Source of the DNA: Pseudomonadota bacterium
Lineage (GTDB): Bacteria > Pseudomonadota > Gammaproteobacteria > UBA1113
Reading direction: 5' to 3'
DNA: 64,000 nt
NCBI GenBank assembly: GCA_021781965.1
Contig: JAJXVU010000003.1
Span: 15,880-79,879, forward strand
The notes beneath the pieces are model-generated. The model was not told the DNA's origin. It saw only the letters and a list, made by a program, of their open reading frames with translations, and did no database searches. This document shows positions 20,364 to 29,764 of this stretch, piece after piece (the stretch's first letter is position 1; every line of letters begins with the position of its first letter). Made by a program: the position numbers and the translations under genes.

Positions 20364-21086
20364 ATGACCGTAACCATGCTAGAACCGTTGCAATTACGCG
20401 CTAGCTTGTTTCCATTGACTATACTGCCGTTAAAAGACAATAATTTAAACGCCTTGGCGCTAGCCCTAGATGCTAAGATCAATCAGGCACCCCAATTCTT
20501 TAACGGCACACCTATTGTATTAGACCTACATTCCTATACTCTGGAAGCTTTGCCCCCTTTTAGAGACATTAAAGCCTTGCTAGATAGTAGGGGCTTAAAA
20601 TTAGTGGGGGTTGCCACTGGCAACGAGTTGTATAAAAAAGAGGCGTCTGTTCAGGGTTTGGCTTTAATGGATCCTAAACAATCCTCTAACAATACTCAAA
20701 ATAGCAAAAAAATGGCTCCTAGTGTAGAAAACAATAGCTCAGCCGCACCCCAGTCCCAGCCGCCCAGTAAAATGATCTTGCAATCCATACGTTCAGGACA
20801 ACAAGTCTATGCAGAGAATGACTTAATCATCCTAGGCATGGTTAGCCCCGGCGCTGAAATCATTGCTGGCGGTAATATTCATGTCTATGGCAAACTGTCG
20901 GGGCGTGCATTGGCTGGTATTCAGCAGCAATCACAAGCACGCATCTTTTGCCGGGAATTCAATGCGGAGCTCATCGCTATCGCGGGCGTCTACCAAGTCA
21001 AGGAAGACTTTGATTTGGCTAAATTAACCCGGGGGGCAACCCAGATTTATTTAGAAGATAATCACTTAAAAATAGTTCCCCTCTAG
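20364..21086 (+). CDS. minC: septum site-determining protein MinC
   Basis: N-terminal LDAKINQAPQFFNGTPIVLDL and C-terminal beta-helix GGNIHVYGKLSGRALAG match MinC. No minD/minE follow. Confidence 0.8.
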   Translation: MTVTMLEPLQLRASLFPLTILPLKDNNLNALALALDAKINQAPQFFNGTPIVLDLHSYTLEALPPFRDIKALLDSRGLKLVGVATGNELYKKEASVQGLALMDPKQSSNNTQNSKKMAPSVENNSSAAPQSQPPSKMILQSIRSGQQVYAENDLIILGMVSPGAEIIAGGNIHVYGKLSGRALAGIQQQSQARIFCREFNAELIAIAGVYQVKEDFDLAKLTRGATQIYLEDNHLKIVPL

Positions 21087-21154
21087 CCAAAAGCTCTTTT
21101 TTGCGCTAAAATAGGTCAAAGTAAATGTATAAAATTGTATAGGTCTTTGAATAA

Positions 21155-22120
21155 ATGGAAAAAAACTTTGTTGCTGCCGCTAAACGTGTCATTGATTTAG
21201 AGTGTCAGTCTATACAAAGACTCGTTGATTATATAGACCAAGACTTTATACATGCTTGTAAGATCATACTCGCTTGCCAAGGACGTGTAGTCGTGCTCGG
21301 CATGGGTAAATCTGGGCATATAGCAGCCAAAATCGCAGCCACTCTAGCCAGCACCGGCACGCCTGCTTTTTGTGTGCATCCGGGTGATGCAAGCCATGGG
21401 GATTTAGGGATGATCACTCCGCATGATGTGGTTTTGGCCATTTCTAACTCCGGTGAAACCAGCGAAATTTTAACCTTATTACCGCTATTAAAAGAATTGC
21501 AGGTAAAATTAATTGCCATTTGCGGCCATGATAAATCTACTCTAGCGCGTTTTGCCGATGCACTACTCAATACACATATAGATAAAGAAGCTTGCCCGCT
21601 AGGCTTAGCACCTACCACCAGTACCACCGCAGCCTTAGTCATGGGCGATGCCCTGGCCGTAGCCATATTAGAAGCACGCGGTTTTACCAAAGAAGATTTT
21701 GCACGTTCACACCCCAGCGGTTCTTTAGGTCGGCGTTTATTAACGCGCGTACGAGATATCATGCGTACAGGAGATAAAATTCCACGCATACACAGCTCTG
21801 CTATGGTCAGTGATGCCTTATTAGAAATGACCCAAAAGTTATTGGGTATGACGGCTGCTATCGATAATCAAGGTAAGCTTGTAGGTATTTACACCGATGG
21901 CGATTTACGACGAACCTTAAATCAAGGTATTTCTATACATGAAACACCACTCCATCAAGTGATGACTACGGCCTATAAAACTATCACTGCCGAACTCCTC
22001 GCTGCCGAAGCGCTGGAAATCATGGAAAATTTTAAAATTACATCATTGCTAGTAGTCAATGAGGCCGCAACATTAGTAGGCGTCATTAATATCCACGATG
22101 TTATGCAGGCTGGACTATAA
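21155..22120 (+). CDS. kdsD: arabinose-5-phosphate isomerase (SIS + tandem CBS)
   Basis: 321-aa KpsF/GutQ-family protein, placed upstream of kdsC-lptCAB. Confidence 0.9.
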   Translation: MEKNFVAAAKRVIDLECQSIQRLVDYIDQDFIHACKIILACQGRVVVLGMGKSGHIAAKIAATLASTGTPAFCVHPGDASHGDLGMITPHDVVLAISNSGETSEILTLLPLLKELQVKLIAICGHDKSTLARFADALLNTHIDKEACPLGLAPTTSTTAALVMGDALAVAILEARGFTKEDFARSHPSGSLGRRLLTRVRDIMRTGDKIPRIHSSAMVSDALLEMTQKLLGMTAAIDNQGKLVGIYTDGDLRRTLNQGISIHETPLHQVMTTAYKTITAELLAAEALEIMENFKITSLLVVNEAATLVGVINIHDVMQAGL

Positions 22121-22137
22121 CCCATAAGAGGAACACC

Positions 22138-22662
22138 ATGTCAGATATCCTATTAGACCGCGCAAAAAAAATTCGTTTAGCCATCTTTGACATCGATGGC
22201 GTGTTAACCGATGGTAAACTCTATTTATTAGATGATGGCCAAAACCTGAAGGCTTTTCACTGTCATGATGGCTTAGGGATTAAATTATTGGCTAGAACCG
22301 GCATCATTACAGCCGTTATTACCTCTCATCGCTCTGCTTTAATAGACAAACGCATGGCACAATTACAAGTGCACCATGTTTATCAGGGCATTGAAAATAA
22401 AATCACGGCCTATGAAGAATTGATTGCTAAATTGAATATACCTGATGAGGAAGTCGCCTATATGGGCGATGATTTACCCGATATCGCTATCATTCGTCGT
22501 GTGGGCTTAGGTATAGCGGTCGCTAATGCTGCTGATATGGTCAAAAAATTTGCCTATTATACTACAAATCGTAACGGTGGCGAAGGTGCGGTACGCGAAG
22601 TCTGTGAATTGATTCTACACGCACAAAATACGTTTAAAGATGTACATGAGGCTTTCTTATGA
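22138..22662 (+). CDS. kdsC: 3-deoxy-D-manno-octulosonate 8-phosphate phosphatase
   Basis: 174 aa of HAD subfamily IIIA, with the FDIDGVLTDG motif. Confidence 0.85.
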   Translation: MSDILLDRAKKIRLAIFDIDGVLTDGKLYLLDDGQNLKAFHCHDGLGIKLLARTGIITAVITSHRSALIDKRMAQLQVHHVYQGIENKITAYEELIAKLNIPDEEVAYMGDDLPDIAIIRRVGLGIAVANAADMVKKFAYYTTNRNGGEGAVREVCELILHAQNTFKDVHEAFL

Positions 22663-23252
22663 TAGTGTCTAAAAAATATTATTTTATAAATGCGCTGCTA
22701 CTGCTGTTAGCCATTCTTTCCTTTTTGGGATGGTATCACTACACAGCCAAACCCAAGCACACTGAAACAACAAACGTTATTGATGCTTTTGCCATTGGCA
22801 TAGACGGTACACAGTTCGACATTATGGGTCAGAAACAAGGCGAATTGAAAAGCCCTAAGTTATTGCATTTTGCCAGTGATGATTCCAGCCTATTAACGAC
22901 TCCTTACCTCACCCTGTATTCAAAAGACAATAAAGCCCCTTGGACCATTACATCCAAAACAGGGAAAACATTCAATGGTACAGAAAAAGTAGATTTAATA
23001 GATAATGTTGTCATTCATCAGTCCATAAGCGCACAGACTCAAGATACTACCATCAGCACGTCTTTATTGCATATTTTTCCAAAACAACAATTGGCAAATA
23101 CTGATAAGTCTGTGACACTGGTGCAATCTGGAGTTAAAATAACGTCTATAGGCATGAATGCGTATTTAGACCAAAAGCATGTTACCCTATTATCACAAGC
23201 ACGAGGTTTCTATGATCCAACTAAAGCGCAACCTACTCATTCTTTGTCTTAG
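22659..23252 (+). CDS. lptC: LPS export protein LptC
   Basis: 197 aa with an N-terminal TM anchor, positioned between kdsC and lptA. Confidence 0.7.
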   Translation: MIVSKKYYFINALLLLLAILSFLGWYHYTAKPKHTETTNVIDAFAIGIDGTQFDIMGQKQGELKSPKLLHFASDDSSLLTTPYLTLYSKDNKAPWTITSKTGKTFNGTEKVDLIDNVVIHQSISAQTQDTTISTSLLHIFPKQQLANTDKSVTLVQSGVKITSIGMNAYLDQKHVTLLSQARGFYDPTKAQPTHSLS

Positions 23253-23733
23253 CTGCCTTATTTCTGTAAGCTATGCCTTAGACAGCGATCAACAACAACA
23301 ACTGCTGATTTCTTCAGATACGGCCGATCTAAACAGCCAAACAGGTATTGGTATTTACACCGGAAATGTAACCATCGATCAAGGAACAACCCATGTGCGT
23401 GGAGACAAAGTCACCTCCTACAGCGAGAATAATAAGATCACTCAAATTGTTGTGGAAGGGGGGCAAAAGCAACAAGCTCGCTATGAAAGTACCATCGATC
23501 CAAACAAACCGCCGTTGATTGCCACCGCCGATACCATCAAATTTTTTCCCGGTAAAAACTATGCCATTTTGTTGGGCCATGCTTACGTGCAGCAAGGAGC
23601 AAATAGCATTGCGGGCGAACACTTAGAATACGATGTGACCAATAAAATCTTAAAATCAATCACGGCTCCTAGTGACAAAGCCGTACGCACCCGGATCATC
23701 ATTGATCCCAACAACCTTCCTAAGGTAGATTAA
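23212..23733 (+). CDS. lptA: LPS transport periplasmic protein LptA
   Basis: Signal peptide plus OstA-like beta-jellyroll. The start is taken at [11 protein letters not shown], internal to the ORF-track call. Confidence 0.8.
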   Translation: MIQLKRNLLILCLSCLISVSYALDSDQQQQLLISSDTADLNSQTGIGIYTGNVTIDQGTTHVRGDKVTSYSENNKITQIVVEGGQKQQARYESTIDPNKPPLIATADTIKFFPGKNYAILLGHAYVQQGANSIAGEHLEYDVTNKILKSITAPSDKAVRTRIIIDPNNLPKVD

Positions 23734-23738
23734 AAATC

Positions 23739-24470
23739 ATGACTCAGAAAACATTACGCGCCGTTGCTTTAGAAAAAAGTTACAAAAAACGTACTGTGGT
23801 TAAAAACGTTTCTATGGAAATAAACAGTGGTGAAATAGTCGGCTTATTAGGCCCAAATGGCGCCGGTAAAACAACCAGTTTTTACATGATCGTCGGTTTA
23901 GTAAGGCCCGATCGCGGTCAAATTTTTATAGATCAAGAAGAAATCACTCATCTGCCTATACACGAACGTGCACATAAAGGGTTAAGCTATCTGCCCCAAG
24001 AAGCCTCTGTATTTAGAAAACTAACGGTGTCACAAAATATTTTAGCTATATTAGAATTGCAAAAACATTTAACGGATGAAGAACGGCAACATCGCCTCAA
24101 GGAATTATTGAATGAATTTCACATTTATCACATACGGGATAATTTAGGCATTAGCCTATCGGGAGGTGAAAGGCGTCGTGTTGAAATCGCCCGTGCACTG
24201 GCAACCAGCCCTGCTTTCGTATTATTGGATGAACCTTTCGCTGGAGTGGATCCCATTTCCGTCGTCGACATTAAACGTATTATCACACATTTATGTAGTA
24301 AGAAAATCGGTATTTTAATTACAGATCACAACGTACGCGAAACTCTAGATATCTGCGAGCGCGCCTACATAGTCAATGAAGGCGAAATGATTTGCCAAGG
24401 CCCACCACAAGTGATTCTATCCGATCAAAAAGTGCGTGAGGTATACCTAGGCGATGAGTTTGACTTGTAA
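23739..24470 (+). CDS. lptB: LPS export ABC transporter ATPase LptB
   Basis: Walker [13 protein letters not shown] signature LSGGERRRV, Walker B LLDEP. Confidence 0.95.
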   Translation: MTQKTLRAVALEKSYKKRTVVKNVSMEINSGEIVGLLGPNGAGKTTSFYMIVGLVRPDRGQIFIDQEEITHLPIHERAHKGLSYLPQEASVFRKLTVSQNILAILELQKHLTDEERQHRLKELLNEFHIYHIRDNLGISLSGGERRRVEIARALATSPAFVLLDEPFAGVDPISVVDIKRIITHLCSKKIGILITDHNVRETLDICERAYIVNEGEMICQGPPQVILSDQKVREVYLGDEFDL

Positions 24471-24536
24471 GTATCACTAGTATATTGGTAGAAAAAATGG
24501 TATATTTAACTTAATATCATTCATTCGGAGGCTATT

Positions 24537-24815
24537 ATGCAAATCACATTCACTGGCCATCATTTAGAGATTACCCCCCCTCTAAAAGACTTTACCATGA
24601 AGAAATTGGACCGCTTAGAACGCCATTTTAGTGATGTTATTAGCATTGCTATCACCTTTAAAGTTGAAAATTTGAACCAAATTGCGGAAGCAACGGTACA
24701 TGTTCCAGGTACACATATACATGCCAGTGAAAAAACCGATGATATGTACAGTGCTGTAGATGGCTTAATCGACAAATTAATGCGTTTATTAAAAGAACAT
24801 AAAGAAAGATCTTAG
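24537..24815 (+). CDS. hpf: ribosome hibernation promoting factor
   Basis: 92 aa of the sigma-54 modulation protein family. It lies directly after lptB with no rpoN between them. Confidence 0.85.
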   Translation: MQITFTGHHLEITPPLKDFTMKKLDRLERHFSDVISIAITFKVENLNQIAEATVHVPGTHIHASEKTDDMYSAVDGLIDKLMRLLKEHKERS

Positions 24816-24865
24816 AGAATCAGCTCTCTGACGGTCTACACTCGGTTACAAACGAATAAACTAAA

Positions 24866-24918
24866 CGCGACCGTTAGGGAGCGGAATTTAACCGAGCCGC
24901 GACCATTAGGGAGCGGGG
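24866..24918. repeat. REP-like element, two direct copies (reverse orientation) of the core CCGCTCCCTAACGGTCGCGGCTCGG
   Basis: Copies read cgcgaccgttagggagcgg and accgagccgcgaccattagggagcgg. The same core recurs at 42824, 51003, 53492, 53593, 56581 and 56668. Confidence 0.5.
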
Positions 24919-24954
24919 TTTAACATAGTTACGATTTTTTACTTTAGGAAATAA

Positions 24955-25806
24955 GTGAAAGAAATGCGTGTTATCATTGTGACCGGACGGTCTGGCTCTG
25001 GAAAAAGTATCACCCTACACCTATTAGAAGATCTAGGTTATTACTGCATTGACAATTTACCCGCAAGCTTGTTACAAAGCTTGACCGAGCATGTGCAAAA
25101 AACATACCAAAAAATAGCCATTGGCATTGATGCCAGAAACCCTATTACTGATTTAGAAAGCTTTCACCATTGGATTGAAAGCTTTAGAACTTCCGGGCTA
25201 CGCTGTGAAATACTGTATCTAGATGCCAGTGATGATGTCTTAATCAAGCGTTTTAATGAAACTCGTAGGCGTCACCCTCTAAGTTCCGATCATCGCTCAT
25301 TACAAGAAGCCATTGCCTATGAGAAAAAACTATTAGACCCCTTAGCCCATTTAGCCGATCTGGTCATAGATACAAGTTTATTATCACAACATAAATTGCG
25401 AGATATTATTTCCAATCGCATTGAACCCAAAGCACAAGGATTATCTTTATTGATACAATCTTTTGGCTTTAAATTTGGCGTGCCTGTAGACAGTGACTTT
25501 GTTTTTGATGTACGCGTACTCCCTAACCCTTATTGGCACAGCGAATTGCGCCCTTATTCAGGATTAGAAGAGCCTATACAAAAGTTTTTAAATGAAAAAC
25601 CAGAAACTCATGCTCTATTAATGGATATCGAGCATTTTCTAATGAATTGGCTGCCAAAATTTGAAAACAATAATCGAGCTTACATGACAGTGTCTATAGG
25701 CTGCACCGGCGGTCAACATCGTTCTGTCTATATTGCAAAAATGCTGTATGATGCTCTTAAACAAAAACACAAAACGGTATTACTGCGCCACCGAGAGTTG
25801 ACCTAA
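24955..25806 (+). CDS. rapZ: RNase adapter protein RapZ (YhbJ)
   Basis: 283 aa with the P-loop GRSGSGKS. Confidence 0.9.
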   Translation: MKEMRVIIVTGRSGSGKSITLHLLEDLGYYCIDNLPASLLQSLTEHVQKTYQKIAIGIDARNPITDLESFHHWIESFRTSGLRCEILYLDASDDVLIKRFNETRRRHPLSSDHRSLQEAIAYEKKLLDPLAHLADLVIDTSLLSQHKLRDIISNRIEPKAQGLSLLIQSFGFKFGVPVDSDFVFDVRVLPNPYWHSELRPYSGLEEPIQKFLNEKPETHALLMDIEHFLMNWLPKFENNNRAYMTVSIGCTGGQHRSVYIAKMLYDALKQKHKTVLLRHRELT

Positions 25807-25808
25807 TT

Positions 25809-26075
25809 ATGTTGGTAGAAAATATTACTCTCAACAATAAATTAGGTCTACACACCCGAGCCGCCGCTAAATTGGTTGAACTATCCAGTCGTTTCAGCAG
25901 TCAGATTGAACTCAGTCTAGACGCCAAAAAGGTCAATGCCAAAAGCATTTTAAATGTGATGTTATTATCTGCGGGCAGTGGTTCCCAAATGACAATCACC
26001 ATAGAAGGTACAGATGAGAATGAAGCCATGACAGCATTGAAAGCTTTATTTCACAGCAATTTTGGTGAGGAATAA
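25809..26075 (+). CDS. ptsO: phosphocarrier protein NPr (HPr-like)
   Basis: 88-aa HPr fold (LGLHTRAAAKL with His), located downstream of rapZ. Confidence 0.8.
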   Translation: MLVENITLNNKLGLHTRAAAKLVELSSRFSSQIELSLDAKKVNAKSILNVMLLSAGSGSQMTITIEGTDENEAMTALKALFHSNFGEE

Positions 26076-26123
26076 TGTAATTGCTTGAGCGAAAACAACA
26101 AAGCCTAATGATCAAATGTGAAG

Positions 26124-26376
26124 AGTATACTCACAGCAGTTGGTTTTTAGGCGCGGCGCCGAGCTCGCGAGCACCAGGAGTGTAGTACTCTACATGACTG
26201 GTGCGAGAGGGCGAAGGCAACAAAGCATAAAAATAAAATGCGAAGAGTATACTCATAGCAGTTGGTTTTTAGGCGCGGCGCCGAGGCCTCGAGCACCAGG
26301 AGTGTAGTATTCTACATGACTGGTGCGAGATGGACGAAGGCAACAAAGCATAAAAATCAAATGCTATGAGTATACT
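26124..26376. repeat. two tandem copies of a ~122-bp structured repeat element bounded by AGTATACT palindromes
   Basis: AGTATACT occurs at 26124, 26246 and 26369. Each unit contains the GGCGCGGCGCC palindrome and a nested hairpin GCACCAGGAGTGTAGTACTCTACATGACTGGTGC. The last palindrome overlaps the pmbA stop codon. Confidence 0.6.
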
Positions 26377-27697
26377 AGTCTTTTCCTGCCACCATCATCT
26401 CAGCCACCAATACAGAGCCACTTTCTATATAATTACGATCATTCACATCGTTACCTATGGCGACAATATTGGCAAATATATCTTTTAAGTTACCGGCGAT
26501 AGTCACTCCTTCAACGGGATATTGGATTTTGCCATGCTCTACCCAAAAACCACTCGCCCCTTGTGAATAATCCCCCGTGACTAAGTTAACGCCCATGCCC
26601 ATAACTTCTGTGACTAACAAGCCCCTATCCATTTTTTGCAATAGTGCTTGTTGATCTTCGCCGGTAGAATGCACCAAAATATTATGCGGGCCGCCGGCAT
26701 TGCCGGTTGTTTCTAAGCCCAAGCGCCGTGCAGAATAACTATTTAAAATATAACCTTGCAAAACTCCTGCTTTTACTAAATCGCGCTTTTGTGTAGCCAC
26801 CCCTTCTTTATCAAAATAACTGCTCGCCCAAGCGCGCTGTATGTGTGGGTCTTCGATTATAGTAACACACTCATTCAGAATGGCTTTTCCTACAGTGCCT
26901 TTCAAAAAAGAAGCATCGCGGTATAAATTACCCCCGCTGATCGCGGCTAATAATTCTCCCCATAATCCTGCCACCATGCGTTGACTGAAAATAATAGGCA
27001 TTTTTCCTGTAGAAATGCTTTGTGCACCCAATTTTTGCACGGTATATTCAGCTGCGCGTTTGGCAACTTGACCAAAATCATCTAAAGTTTTTGCATCGCG
27101 GCTGTGTGTATATTCATAATCGCGCTGCATAGCGCCACTTTTATCCGAGGCCAATAAAACACAACTAAAAGCATGCGAGGTAGAACGTACCGTACCACAA
27201 AATCCATGTGAATTGGCATAGACATAATCGGATTGATGCGTATTGAGATTAACCCCTTCTGAATTGCTAATACGCTTATCACTCGCTATGGCCACCGCTT
27301 CAGCTTCTTTTAATAAGGGGATGGCTTCTTCGGGCGTGATTTGCCAAGGATGATATAGATCCAATTCTATTGCTTTTTGTGCCATGCGTTCTTTAGGCGC
27401 TAAGCCTGAAGCGGGATCCTCATCGGTATATTGCGCAATGGTCCATGCTTTATCTAAGCAATGATTTAAGGCTTCTTCTGATAGATCGGAACTACTGACT
27501 ATACCCTGCCGTTGGCCACAATAGACCGTTAAAGTTAAACCTTTATCACGATTAAATTCGACGGTATCAACTTCACCTTTACGCACGTTAACAGTAAAGC
27601 CTTCGCTAAACGTAGCATTGGCTTCCGCCGCACTAGCGCCTTTTTGTTTAGCTTTATTCAATAAAGCTAAAATCGTAGATTCAATATCATCTCTCAT
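26375..27697 (-). CDS. pmbA: metalloprotease PmbA/TldE
   Basis: 440-aa TldD/PmbA-family protein. Confidence 0.85.
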   Translation of the reverse strand: MRDDIESTILALLNKAKQKGASAAEANATFSEGFTVNVRKGEVDTVEFNRDKGLTLTVYCGQRQGIVSSSDLSEEALNHCLDKAWTIAQYTDEDPASGLAPKERMAQKAIELDLYHPWQITPEEAIPLLKEAEAVAIASDKRISNSEGVNLNTHQSDYVYANSHGFCGTVRSTSHAFSCVLLASDKSGAMQRDYEYTHSRDAKTLDDFGQVAKRAAEYTVQKLGAQSISTGKMPIIFSQRMVAGLWGELLAAISGGNLYRDASFLKGTVGKAILNECVTIIEDPHIQRAWASSYFDKEGVATQKRDLVKAGVLQGYILNSYSARRLGLETTGNAGGPHNILVHSTGEDQQALLQKMDRGLLVTEVMGMGVNLVTGDYSQGASGFWVEHGKIQYPVEGVTIAGNLKDIFANIVAIGNDVNDRNYIESGSVLVAEMMVAGKD

Positions 27698-27786
27698 AAC
27701 CTCTCCAAAGGAAATTTAATCCTGATAAAGCAAAAGAGCGGCTCATGAGCCGCCCTATAAAAACCATCCATAACGAATGCAACAAT

Positions 27787-29517
27787 TTAGAAATAAGCGT
27801 CTAGCTGTAAGAAGACACCATTCCCCGAACCTCCATCGGAATTAAAGACTACTCCATTATTACCGCCAGCCGTATCATTTGAACTATAATTGATATAATG
27901 TTGCAACTCCAAATTCAGAACAGTGTTTCTCAAAATAGAAGAACTGATTGTCGCCATGTAGGCCCGTTTGGGTACGCCCAAAGCTAAAGCCTGACTACTT
28001 TGGTCAAAGCCTAAACCGAAGGCAGAGGGTCTACTATAAATTTTAAAGTTATAGTCGCCTTCCAAGTGCGTAGCGGTCGGCTGGGCGCCTTCACCATTGT
28101 ACATTAAATCCTGCGAACTAAAAGACTGCGTCGCCAGACCATGTTCACCGATAAACTCAAAATCATAAGAGGTAACATCGAAACGCAGATCTGCGCCGGG
28201 CACATTATGTTTCAATACTTCAGTTTGCGATGATTCACCAAAACCCTGAAATTGATCGCTAGAAAGAGGCGTAGATTGCATACCACTACTATCAGCTACA
28301 TTGCTTATACCACTCACAGATAAACCAACATTGGTGTTGCTACTGAATGCAAAATGATACGTTAAATCTCCACCATAGGTGTTTAGAACTACATTATCAT
28401 TTGGCATCGTATCATCATCGGACGAGTTAGGATTTACATCCCCTGTTTGTACCGCCCCATTAAAGCCATAAATCGATGCATCTAATCCCGTAGATTGAGT
28501 AGAATTATAACCCAAGATCAACGCTCTGCCCTTAGTACGGAACAAAGTTTTTGTAAATGGATCGGTGACTCCATACGTTCTGTAAGAACCAAAAGGCACA
28601 TACAACTGACCTACCGTGCCGTAATAATGGGATTTATCAAAATTTCCAATATTAATAAAAGCATTATCTAAATAAAGATTGGAGTTGCTTATTGGATTAC
28701 CGCCACTTGATGGGCCAGAATTATACGCAAACGACATAAAGCCCGAAGTCCAGGTATTAATGCGTGCCTGCATATCTAATTCTGCGTTACTTAAGTTTAG
28801 ATTACCCGCACTGTTAGGGCCGCTTATATGCATACCTAATGCCTCGATATTGCCACTTAATTCTAGCAATGGATAGTTGGGAAGCGCTAAGCCCAGCGAG
28901 GTCATCTCATTTACAAAGTTTTTATCCTGCTGCATGATTGCAATGTTCTTTTTCACACTAGAATAGTTGACTATTAAGTCATAGCCACCGAACTGTCGAT
29001 CTGATTTTATGAACGGCGCGGTAATTACGGCTGTACCACCAAGATTGGCTAAATCTCCCCGCCCGCCATAGGGTTCAGCCGCTAAATTAGTACCTGATGG
29101 GGGTAATAATGCTTGTTTCGCATCGTCCGAAACCGGAGTTGTAGTCACCGAGGTCACACCATCGGCTGCTACGACGGCGTTAGCATTCGCCTTAGGCGTT
29201 GATTTAGAGGATTGGGTTGCAACCGTTGCGGATTGGCCATTCTTAGCTGTTGCGTTAGAAGAAGGTTTTGCAGCAGGCACTGTTGCTGCTACCGGTGTTG
29301 CCACAGGAGCCGCTTTTGCAGTTTTTAATTCTGCAATTTGTTGTTGCAATTGTTGCACTTGTTGTTGTAGCGCTGCAGTTTGTTGACTTAATAATTCTAC
29401 TTGTTTGTCTACATTATCATTTGCAGAGGAAGCAGCCCAACCATCAGAAACCACGCCGCCACCTAGGACGACCGCCAATGCCATACTGATTTTCTTAATG
29501 CGCAAAAAATTTACCAT
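27787..29517 (-). CDS. outer-membrane beta-barrel protein, Legionella-MOMP-like porin with N-terminal coiled-coil and Ala/Thr/Val-rich linker
   Basis: Signal peptide, Q-rich coiled coil (LQQQVQQLQQQIAELK), a low-complexity linker, then Gly/Asn/Tyr-rich amphipathic beta-strands ending in ...LQLDAYF (C-terminal Phe). Confidence 0.6.
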   Translation of the reverse strand: MVNFLRIKKISMALAVVLGGGVVSDGWAASSANDNVDKQVELLSQQTAALQQQVQQLQQQIAELKTAKAAPVATPVAATVPAAKPSSNATAKNGQSATVATQSSKSTPKANANAVVAADGVTSVTTTPVSDDAKQALLPPSGTNLAAEPYGGRGDLANLGGTAVITAPFIKSDRQFGGYDLIVNYSSVKKNIAIMQQDKNFVNEMTSLGLALPNYPLLELSGNIEALGMHISGPNSAGNLNLSNAELDMQARINTWTSGFMSFAYNSGPSSGGNPISNSNLYLDNAFINIGNFDKSHYYGTVGQLYVPFGSYRTYGVTDPFTKTLFRTKGRALILGYNSTQSTGLDASIYGFNGAVQTGDVNPNSSDDDTMPNDNVVLNTYGGDLTYHFAFSSNTNVGLSVSGISNVADSSGMQSTPLSSDQFQGFGESSQTEVLKHNVPGADLRFDVTSYDFEFIGEHGLATQSFSSQDLMYNGEGAQPTATHLEGDYNFKIYSRPSAFGLGFDQSSQALALGVPKRAYMATISSSILRNTVLNLELQHYINYSSNDTAGGNNGVVFNSDGGSGNGVFLQLDAYF

Positions 29518-29764
29518 AATATCCTCTTATTCAAATTACAGCAGCCAGCCAGTTTGACCAAAAATAAGTCAAACTATTATTTTTTTATGATTTAAAAATC
29601 GTCTAGGAAAAATCATATCACAGCTACTTTAGAAAATACCAGTTATTTTAGCCTCATTTAAAAAATATTTTTAACTATTTTAATGACAATGATACTATCC
29701 TGATCTGTGAAATCAAAAATGCGCTATAATTGATTATCCATGATACAATAGGCCACTCTAAACA

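Noticed and set aside
26124-26376. Tandem repeats considered as a possible CRISPR array (also at 36986-37242)
   Set aside because: The units are ~122 bp, directly abutting with no unique spacers, and the same unit occurs as single copies elsewhere. No cas genes are present.
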